Source: the human T2T-CHM13v2.0 reference genome, Homo sapiens. From it: DNA of 64,000 nt. Made by a program: the position numbers and the translations under genes. Positions 11,613-22,589 of the stretch are shown in pieces. Within the stretch, counting starts at the first letter, position 1. Every line of letters starts with the position of its first letter. A model generated the notes under the pieces. The model was not told the DNA's origin. It was given only the letters and a program-made list of their open reading frames with translations, and did no database searches. The stretch is from NCBI RefSeq assembly GCF_009914755.1, contig NC_060936.1; one strand, given 5' to 3'.

Positions 11613-14603
11613 TTATTTTTTATTGATATATAATTTTAGTACACATTTATAGGTTACATGTGATACTTGGTTACATACATAGACTATAAAATTATCAAAT
11701 CAGGGTATTTTAGGAGTCCATCATCTCAAGTACTTATCATTTTTTATGTATTAGGAACATTTCAAGTCTTCTCTTCCTGATATTTAAAAATATACAACAT
11801 GTTATTTGTAACTTTAGTCATGCTACTCTGCATTCAGACATTGAAACTTATTTCTTCTATCTAACATGTACCTATTAGCCAACCTCTTTCTTCATTTGCT
11901 ACTCCCACCCACACATCCTTCCCAGCCTCTGGTATCTATCATTCTACTCTACCTCCTTGAGATTAAAGCTTTTAGCTCCCACATATGAGTGAGAATGTGA
12001 AATGTTTATCTTTCCATGATTGGCTTATTTTACTTAGTATAATGACCTCCAGTTTCATCCATGTTGTTGCGAATTCCATGATTTCATTTTTTGTTATGAT
12101 TAAATAGTATTTCATACTGTGTACATATACCATATTTTCTTCACCTATTTGTCTGTTGAGAGACACTTCAATTGATTCCATATCTTTGCTATTGTGACTA
12201 GTGCTGTAATAAACATGGGAGTACAGTTATATCTTTGACATACTGATTTCTTTTCCTTTGGTAAAACACCCAGTATGAGATGTTGGATCATATTCTATTT
12301 CTGACTTACTGAAAAATCTCCATACCGCTTTCCATAGTGGCTTTAACAATTAAGATTCCCATCAATAGTGTATAAAACTTCCCTTTTCTCTGCATTCTTG
12401 CAAGCATCTGTTATTTTTTGTCTTTTTAATAACAGCCATTCTAACTGAGGTAAGATGATATTTCGTTATGGTTTCAATTTGCATTTCCCTGATGATTAGT
12501 GATATTGAGCATTTTTCATATACCCATTGGCCATGTGTGTGTCTTCTTTTGAGAATTTTCTATTCATTTATTTGTTTCTTTTACTGTTGAGTCATTTGAG
12601 TTCCTTTTATATTCTGGATATCAGTTCCTTGTTGGAGGAATAGTTTAAAAATATTTTCTGTTATTCATCATGTTGTCTTTTCACTTTTGATTGTTTCCTT
12701 TGCTGTGCAGAAGCTATTTAGGTTAAGTTCCACTTGTCTATTTTTGTTTTTGTTGCCTGTACTTTTGAGGTCTTAGCTATAAAATATTTGCCTAGACCAA
12801 TGTCCTTGAGTGTTTTCTCTCTTTTCTTCTAGTAGTTTTATAGTTTCAGATCTTATACTTAAGCCTTTAATCAATATTGTGTGAATTTTTGCATATGGTG
12901 AGAGATAAAGATCAGTTTTATTCTTCTGCATATTTATATCTAATTTTCCCAGAACCATTTATTGCAAAAGGTATCCTATCCCCAATGTATGTTCTTGGAA
13001 CCTTTGTCTAAAACCAGTTGGCTATAAATATGTGAATTTATTTCTGGGTTCTCTATTACGTTCCATCAGTCTGTGTGTCTGTTTTGTACCAATATTACGT
13101 TATTTTGTTACTAAGGCCTTGTAATATAGTTTGAAGTTAGGTAGTATAATGCCTACAGCCTGATTACGTTTGCTGAGGATTGTTTTGGCTATTTGGGCTC
13201 TTTTGTGGTTCCATCTGAATTTTAGAATAGGTTTTTCTAAATATGTTGAGAATGTCTTTGGTAGTTTGACAGGAATAGCATTGAACCTATAAATTGCCTT
13301 GGGCAGCATGGACATTTTAACAATATTCATTCTTCCAATACATGAGCATGGAGTGTTTTTCATTTGTTTGTGTCATTTTTAATTTCTTTCACCAGTGTTT
13401 TGTAATTCTCATTGTAGAGATCTTTAACCTCTCTTGATTAGCTATATTCCTAGATATTTTATTATTTTGGGGGGCTATTGTGAAGGAGATTGCATTCTTG
13501 ATTTGGCTCTTGACTTGGGCATTATTGGTGGTATTAGAAATGCTACTGACTTTTGCATATTAATTTTGTGCCCTAAAACTTTGCTGAAGTTGTTTATGAG
13601 TTCTAGAAGCCTTTGAGCAGAGACTATTGGGTTTTTAGGTATATATAGAACTTTCGGGCTCTTTCTTCTATTTCAATGAAAAATTACATTGGTATTTTGA
13701 TAGGGATTGCATTAAATCTGTGGAATGCTTTGGGCAGTATGGACATTTTAATGATGTTTATTCTTCCAATTCATGAACATGGGATGTCTTCCCATTTGTG
13801 TCCTCAATAATTTCTTTCATTAGTGTTTTGTAGTTTTCATTGTAGAAGCCTTTTACCTCTTTGGTTAAATTTATTTCTAAGTATTTAAATTTTTCATAAC
13901 TATTGTAACTGGGATTGTCTTTATGATTCCTTTCTCAGATCCTCTATTACTTCTGTATATAAATGCTACAGCTATTTTATGTTGATTTTGCATCCTGTTA
14001 CTTTATTGAATTTATTTATGTGACCTAAGCATTTTTTGGTGGAGGCTATAGGTTTTTCTAGATTTCAGATCGTATCATTTGCAGGAAGGGACAGTTAGAC
14101 TTGCTTTTTTCCAATCTAGATGAATTTTACTGTTTTCCTATTAACTGATTGCTTGGACTAGGACTGCCAGTACCATGTTAAATACAAGTAGCGAAAATAG
14201 GCATTCTTGTCTTGTTCTAGTTCTTAGAAGAAAGACTTTCAGCTTTTCCCCATTCAGTATAATATTATCTGTTTATTTGTCATATGTGGTCTTTATTATG
14301 TTGAGATATGTTCTCTTTATGCCTCATTTTTGAGAGGTTTTTTTTTTTATCATGAAGGGGTGTAGAATTTTATTGAATGCTTTTTCTGCATCTAGTGAGA
14401 TCATCATATACATTTTGTCCTTCATTCTGTTGAGGTGATGCATCACATCTATTTATTTGCTTATGTTCAGCCGTCGTTGCATCCCTGAAATAAATTCTAG
14501 TTGATTGTGGTGTATTATCTTTTTTATGTGTTGTTGGATTAGTTTTACTATTATTTTGTTGAGGGTTTTTGTGTCTATTTTTTTCAAGGATATTAACCTG
14601 TAG

Positions 14604-14638
14604 TTTTGTTGTTGTTGTTGTTATTGTTGTTGTTGTTG
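14604..14638. repeat. (TTG)n microsatellite inside L1
   Basis: ttttgttgttgttgttgttattgttgttgttgttg. Confidence 0.85.
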
Positions 14639-15287
14639 CATCCTTGCTGATTTTGGTATCAGAGTAACCCTGGTCTCACATAATGAGTTAGGGAGTATTT
14701 TTTCTTCTTCAACTTTTCAGAATATTCTTAGAAAAGTTGACATTAGGTTTTCTTTGAAAGTTTGGTAGAATCCAGGAGTGGAGATATCTGATCCTGAACT
14801 TTTTTTATTGAAAAACCTTTTATTACTGATTCACTGCTATTATTCATTATTGGTCTCTCCAGGTTTTCTGTTTGTTCCTGATTAAATCTTCATAGGTTTT
14901 ATGTGTCCAGGAATTTATCCATTTCCTCTAGGGTTTCCTGTTTGTTAGCATAGAGTTGTTCATAATAGTTTCTGATAGTTGTTGACATTCCTGTGGCATC
15001 AGTTGTAATTTCTCCTTTTTTCATTTCAAATTTAGTTTCTTTGAATCTTCTCTCTTTTTTCCTTGGTTAGTCTATCTAACAGTTTCTTGATTTTCTTTAT
15101 CTCTGAAAAACCAACTTTTTGTTTCATTGATCCCTTATGTTACTTTTTAGTCTCTATTTCATTTAGGTCTGCTCTGATCTTTGTTTCTTTCACTCCACTA
15201 ATTTGATATTTGTTTTTTTTTCCCCTGCTATTCTAGTTTTTTGATGTGAATCATTAGATTGTTTATTTGAAATCTTTCTACTTTTTT

Positions 15288-15526
15288 AGTAAAGAAAATC
15301 AGGATTCAATAATTTTATTCCAACAAAACTATTTGTAATATGTGGAGGGAGGATAAAGGTATTCTTATATATGGGCAAGAAAAACACAACTTTTATGGAA
15401 AAAAAATACATGAGCATATGTTATATTCAACCAAGCAATAATAAATTTAAAATACAAAACTCATGAAATCGTATCTAAGGCATTTGTGGGTCCTTTCTTG
15501 GTGGATTTGGGTCCCAGTCATAGTTC
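15288..15526 (+). other. About 240-bp foreign insertion in L1 ORF2, resembling ancient L1ME/HAL1 ORF1
   Basis: The host L1 reads ctttctacttttt|tttgatgtag across it. The insert contains aataattttattccaacaaaactatttgtaatatgtggagggaggataaaggtattc. Confidence 0.6.
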
Positions 15527-16922
15527 TTTGATGTAGTCATTTACTGCTGTGAACTACCTCTTTAGCGCTGCTTTCATTGTATTCCCTATGTTTTGATATA
15601 TTGTGTTGCAATTTTCATTTTTCAAGAAATTGTTTTATTTTTTCCTTAATTTATTTTTTGATCCAATGGTTGTTAAGGAGCATGTGGTTTGATTTCCACA
15701 TATTTGTACAGTTTCCAAAGTTTCCTTTGTTTTTGATTTCTAGTTTTATTCTATTGTGGTCTGAGAAAATATTTTATATGATTTTGATTTTTTTAAATTT
15801 GTTGAGACTTGTTTTGTTTCCTAAAATATGGTCTATTCTGGAGAATGTTTCATATGCTTATGAGAAGAATGTGTGCTCTGTAGCTCTTGGTTGAAATGTT
15901 CTGTAAATATCTGTTAGGTCCTTTTGATCCAATGTAAAGTTTAAATTCACTATTTCTTTGTGAATTTTCTATCAAGATAATCTGTCTAATGCTGACAGTG
16001 AGGTGTTGAAATCCCAACTGTTATTGTACTAGAATCTATCTCTCCTTTTAGATGTAAATATATATACATCTAAACATATATATATTATATATATATGTGG
16101 GTGCTTTGGTGTTGGGTGAATATATGTTAGAATTGTTATATCCTCTTGCTGAATTGATCCCTTTGTCAATATATAATGGCTTTTTTTCTTTATACTGTTT
16201 TTGAGTTAAATTATGTTTTACATGATATACATATAGTTACTCCTGTTTGTATTTGGTTTGTGTTTGTATGGAATACCTTTTTCCATCCCTTTACTTTCAG
16301 TCCATGTGTATTTTACTGGTGAGATAAGTTTACTGTAGGAAGCTTATAGTTGGGCCATTTTAAAAAATCAATTCAGCCCAGTCTATAGAGTCTATATATT
16401 TTGAAAGTTTAATTCGTTTGCATTCAAGATTACTATTGATATGTGAGGGCTTATTTCTATCATTATACGAATTAATTTCTGGGGTATTTTTTGGTATATC
16501 CTTTCTTTGATTTATTCTCCCTTATTGTTTATCATTGTGGTTTGGTGGTTTTCTGTAGTCATAACATTTGAGTTATTTCTCTTCCTCAATTGTGTGTATG
16601 TACTCTACCAAAGGGTTCTGCACTTTTGTGCTTTTACGATGATAGATGTGTTTTTTCGCTTCCAGGTATAAAAGTTGCTGAGGTATTTCTTGTAGTGCCA
16701 GTCTAGTGATGATGAATTCCCTCAGCTTTCTCCTTCATTAATGAAGGATAACTTTGCTGGTATTAGTACCCATGACTGGCGGGTTTTTTTTTTTTTCTTT
16801 CAGCACTTTGAATATATCATTCCATTCTCTCTTGGCCTATAAGATTTCTGCTGACCCATCTACTGTTAGTCTGATGTAGGTTTCCTTATAAGTGACTAGA
16901 GTCTTTCTCTTGCCGTTTTTAG

Positions 16923-17271
<349 letters not shown>

Positions 17272-19406
17272 TGACTTTGGACAGTTTGACTATAATGTGG
17301 CATGGAGAAGGCATTTTTGCATTGGAACTGTTTGGGGATCTCCCATACAGTTTGGGATCTCCCATACAGAGCTTCCCGTATCTGGATGTCTACACCTCTT
17401 GCTAGATTTGAGATATTTTTAGTTATTATTTTGTTAATAGGTTTTCTATTCCTTTTCTTTTCCCTTTACCTTCTGGGATGCCAAAAATTTGAATATTTTG
17501 TCACTTCGTGGTGTCCCATATGTAATATAGGTTTATTATTTTTTGTTCTATATTAAAATTGTTATCTGACTGTGTTTATTTCAAGAGACCTGTCTTCTAG
17601 TTCTGAATATTTTTTTCTGCTTGATCTTATCTATTGTTAAAACTTTAGAATTTTAGTTAATTGTATTAAATTGATTAATAATAAGTAAATAATATTATTG
17701 ATTAATTTATAATGTTAACTAATTATTTTGAATTTTAGTTAATGAATTCTCCAGCTCCAGAATTTCTGCTTGATTAAGTTTTGTATTTATCTCTTTTGGT
17801 AAATATCCTCAGTAGTTTTTCTGATGTAACAGTCTGGTGCAACAGTCACTTCTTCTAATTTTTTGAATTTATTTTATATAAGAAGACTTTTTCTGAAGAG
17901 GTATGTTGTTTGGATAGAGTACTTTGGTTTTGATTCTTGGTGCATGCAACAGTATAGTCTCTGTATGATTTCTTTGTCTGTGAACAGTGTCATTTGTGGC
18001 TGTCATTTCCTAAGTGTTTTATGGTGCAGTTGTTAGTGGAGGCTACAGTGAAATTTTGCTTGGAATGAGGGCACAAGGTGTGTTTGTTCTAAGGCCCAAG
18101 TGACAGCAACAGTGAGCTGCATGTGCCTAACCTTGGGTTTCAGGGTGGCGTATGCTGTCACGGGTGTTAGCAGGTCCAGATGGACCTATTCTTAAGCCTC
18201 ATGGAGCTTGTTCAGTGCTGGTAGTATCAGTGGTAGCTGGGCAGATAGGCAGTTTTTCAGGCTTCTGGGCAGGAAGCATTGCATGGTTGATGGCAATAGC
18301 AGCAGTGAGACAAACCTCTGACTCTCAAGAAGTTCATGCTGGTGTTCACAATGGCTGTGACAGACTGAATGGGCTAGTTTGCAGGCCCATGGTTGGCATG
18401 TGCAGGTGGGTGCCAGCTGTGACAGTAGCAGCAGATTGCATGGGTCTAACCTCAAGCCATGGGAGGAGTGTCTAGGTACCAACAGTGGTGGACTGGATTG
18501 GGTGGTCCCAACACACTCTCATGGCTGTTTAGGCACTATAGGAGATGGTGAAGCTGGGTTGGGCAGACTCATACTCATTCTTTGACTGTGGTAGGCAAGT
18601 GTGGAATAATCCCAAAGCTCACAGTAGAATGCTTGGATAGTGTTACCAGCAGATATGCTGCAAGCCTGGTACTGCAGAGGGTGGGGTTGTGTTTAGTGAG
18701 AGCAGCCCTATGTAGGCAGCTGGGGATTGTGCACCTTGCTAATGGTTTGGCCCCTCGGCCAGTGGTGGCTTCCGCAGGAAAGGCTTATCTTTGGAACAAG
18801 TGAAACTGTGTGGCAGCTTTGATGATCAGGGTAGTGGAATCTTTGAAAATAGATCATGGTTCAGCTCTAGTGGCAGCAGCCACCAGTGGCAAGTGTCTGA
18901 GGGCAGCAAATTTCCAATGGGGTCCAGAGATGTGGAGATGCAGTGCTATTGGGCCCCCAGGCAAGATGCAGTCTGGCGGGGATTGGGCTTTCAATATGAC
19001 ATCATTGCTGTGACTGCTTAAGGCTTGCAGGGGATATGTGGGATGGAGTATGAGCTCCTTCTCTGGAACAAGGCCTTTGCACATTCTCCAGACAGATTTC
19101 CATGTTAGTTTTTGGGCCTGCCAAGGGTCTAAGGGCTTTTCTGTAGCCAAGATGCAGGAGTCTGTAGTGGGAATATGGGCCACTGGCAGTCACTCTCTTA
19201 ACCTTTTCTCACTTTGCGGAGTTTCTCTAGGCCCTTAAGCTGCTTTACTTCTCTCTCTTTCCATGTTTAAGAGGTTGAATTCCACTTCTCTGTTGAATTC
19301 CAGTGTTCTCTCTTAAACAATCTATTCTAAGTGTGATTATCTTCTTGCTACTTTGATTCTCTTTTCAGAGGAGGCAATGTCTCTAGTTAACCATTTTGTA
19401 GCCCCT

Positions 19407-19597
19407 GTCTCTTGGTAATTTTCAATAACAACATTGTTGTTCATTATAGTAACTGTGTTGTATAATATATCTCTTGAATGTATTTCTCCTAGCTGACATC
19501 TTGCATCTTTTGACCAATATCTTCCCCAACCCCACCCTAAGCCCCTGATAACCATCATCATACTCTCTACTTCTACTCTCTTCTTCTATGATTCAAC
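19407..19597 (-). mobile_element. L1MA6-8-like element, continuation of 11450-11612
   Basis: The 3' UTR resumes colinearly (caataacaacattgttgttcattatagtaactgtgttgtataatatatctcttgaa). Confidence 0.8.
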
Positions 19598-20069
19598 ACA
19601 ATGAGCTATCACCTCACATTTCTTAGAATGACTATTATTAAAAAGGTGAATGATAACAAGTGCTGATGAGGGTGAGGAGAGAATTCTTGCATGTTGTGGA
19701 GATATAGTATAGTCATATGGAAAACAGTATGGAGATTCTTCAAAAAATCAAAAGTAGAACTAGCATAAGGTCTGGAAGCCCCAGTATTGGATATATATTC
19801 AAAAAAAGTTAAATTAGTATTTTAAAAAGCTATTTTTCACTCTCATGTTTATTGCTGCATTATTTACAATAGCCAAGATATGGAATCCACTTGTTGTTCA
19901 TCAATTAATGACTGGATAAAGAAAATATTATATATAATATATATGTATACACACACACAAATAATGAAATACTATTCAGCCTTAAAATGAAATTCTTTTA
20001 TTTGCAGCAACATGGATGAACCCAGAGGATATTACATTAAGTGAAATAAACCCAACACAGAAAGATAAT
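19598..20069 (+). mobile_element. Inverted 5' segment of the same L1MA (end of ORF2), twin-priming structure
   Basis: Plus-strand ORF2 C-terminal sequence from acaatgagctatcacctcac to acacagaaagataa. It stops just upstream (in L1 coordinates) of where the minus-strand part begins. Confidence 0.75.
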
Positions 20070-20420
20070 TCTCTACCAATTCTCTTAAACGTTCCCTGAT
20101 AGCTTACAGGTGGCTGCAAAATCCCTAGGTTTTATTTCTTTACACAACTGCTATTCAAAGACAGAAGGTACAAAGCATAACCAGGTGAAAGTGACTTCTT
20201 AATATGCCTTTTTCCTTTGGCCAGGGAGGAAATATCCTTCCAGAAGACCACTAGTACATTCTTATTCCTTATTTGCCAGAACTGAATCATATGACCACTG
20301 GACTAGAAAATCTAGTCCAATCAGAATTGGGCTAGACCACCTGTGCTTTATACCTTTTGTCTGGCACATTGATGTGCAAATAAAACCATATTTTTAGTAG
20401 CAAAGTAGAAAAGTGCATCC
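20070..20420 (-). mobile_element. LTR33-like LTR, right part
   Basis: caggtggctgc...cagggaggaaatatccttccagaagacc...ttatttgccagaactgaatcatatgaccac. Confidence 0.5.
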
Positions 20421-21844
20421 CTGCTCATTGGGCAATAGTTATAGATGAAGATAATGTCTGAGTGATAGGTTAATTTCAAAAATATGTTAATTCTTTTGTG
20501 GCTGAGTAGTACTCAAAGAAATTTTCAATGTTGTAAATTAATTGTGATACTGTGTACTTTTAATGTTCAAATGCCTTATTTTCTCTTTTGAGATTTGCTT
20601 TGTTATAGACATTTAAATTATTTTTTGGTGACCCAATGCTTCTTACAAATTTGAGCATGGTATATTTTTAGAATATTAATAATTAGACTATGATACATTC
20701 GGTAAAAATGTGACAATTATTTCTAGTTTTCTATTAGCTGAGATTTCAGTTGCTTTGGTAAAACTCTCTCTAGTGGAATTTCCTTTGTTCATTATTAGTT
20801 ATGGATTCTAAAACTTTAAATACTGGAAATCAACACAATTAACTTGTTCAATTGTGTCTATTAATTACACTATAATCACTTTATGATTTTATAGTCTTTG
20901 TACTTTTAGTTTCTGAATTTTTAATGCTTTTCAGATTTTTAAATTTTGTTTTTTTCCTGCATACTTGCATATTTTCTATAGTTTTAAGTTTGTTGGGTAG
21001 ATAGTATTTACTTACGTAAGATGTTATCTAAACATTCCGTTATCTAGAAGCAGAAGAGAATAAATAAGGAAAACCCATAGTGTGCAGTTTATAGTCCAGG
21101 GCCAGGAAATTTTAAAATGTTAATAAAATGGGGCCAAAAGTGATTAATGTATTAGATCCCATGAACTCATGAAAACTATCTGGAGTTACTTTCATTTAAG
21201 AAGAAGTAATTCATCAAAAGAGTCAGAGAACAAATGCTTATAAAACTTTGAGATTTAATGCATAACCTTAATGGAATAAATTTTGCCATGATTGGAGAAA
21301 AATTCCTCTCTTCAATAAACATAGAGCCCAGAGGATAGATAAAGTAAGCCAAGCAGGTCTAAAATGTTCATGATATGGCATGTAAGGGTATAATATAAAC
21401 TTGAACAAATATATTGGTCCTATCAACTTATCTTAAATATTCAGTTAACCAGAGGCCTACATTTCTGTTTGTGCTGTTGGCCTTTTCTTCCCAACTCTAA
21501 TGACACTTAATCATAGCCAATAACCATGTTATCCGAACCATTTATGACCTATCTTCCTTTGACTAACTTGTGGTTATGTTTATACTCACATTGATCTTAT
21601 AAATTTACATTTATTAAGGCAAAATATAAAGATTATTTCTGACACAATAAAAGTACCTTTTAAGAATTCCTAGTATTTTTTTGAATAATCCTGAAATATA
21701 CTGTCAGTAGGTAAGTACAAATCAATAATAATAAAGACCATAATAAAGATTTTGGCCACAAACCAAATGACGAATAATATTAAAAGAGACATATGGACAT
21801 AATGTTAATCTATAATTGGAGCAAACCAATGATGACATTATTAA

Positions 21845-22045
21845 TTAATAATAACAGTGTTATTGGTGATATGTTGATGATGACAATGTTCATATGCATA
21901 CTACAGGCCTTGTTCTTTTAGTGAGATTTTTATTTATCATCTCATTTGAATAAATGAGCAAATAGGCTATGGGATTTTAAGCAATTTTGCTGAGACCCCT
22001 GATTGTATTCAAACACAGTACTTTGACTCCAAAATCTACTGGTTA
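21845..22045 (-). mobile_element. MIR fragment
   Basis: atcatctcatttgaataaatgagcaaataggct...gtattcaaacacagtactttgactccaaaatc. Confidence 0.5.
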
Positions 22046-22511
22046 TACGCTGGAGTGAGAAAGGAAGTATCAAGTCAAAAATTACCAAATCCAAAAGTAA
22101 TAAATAAAAAGGAGGAAAAAACTACCTAGAATATAGAGTTTTAAAATTTTACAGCAAGCTTGCTTTTACTGAGAATATATCCTCACCTTTAAATAAATGC
22201 AAAATGCCAGCTTAAAACTACACTAACTATAGAAACAATTCCCTTTATAAGTATTCAACAACATATGTAGCTAATGAATTTGTTAGTAACACTACAATAA
22301 TAAATACATTCAAAATAACTAATTTTGTCATTCAAATATGATACCAGACTACAGTCTAATTAGTTTAATTAGACCAAAATATTCTAGTGCCTTTGTATTA
22401 AATTGAAGACAAATAATAATATTATCAGCTTTATAAAGACATTTTGTTTATGATTAACTATATTCCCCAAATTTTATCAGAAAGTATATATTTAAGCATA
22501 TGCACATAAAG

Positions 22512-22537
22512 TATATATACATACATACATACACAGG

Positions 22538-22587
<50 letters not shown>
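22512..22587. repeat. Compound (TA)/(TACA)/(GC)4/(CA)n microsatellite
   Basis: Read directly from the sequence. Confidence 0.95.

Positions 22588-22589
<2 letters not shown>

Noticed and set aside
18100-19250. GC-richer block with many overlapping ORFs, as a possible exon or CpG-island promoter
   Set aside because: It is the 5' UTR of the full-length L1MA element and is CpG-depleted.
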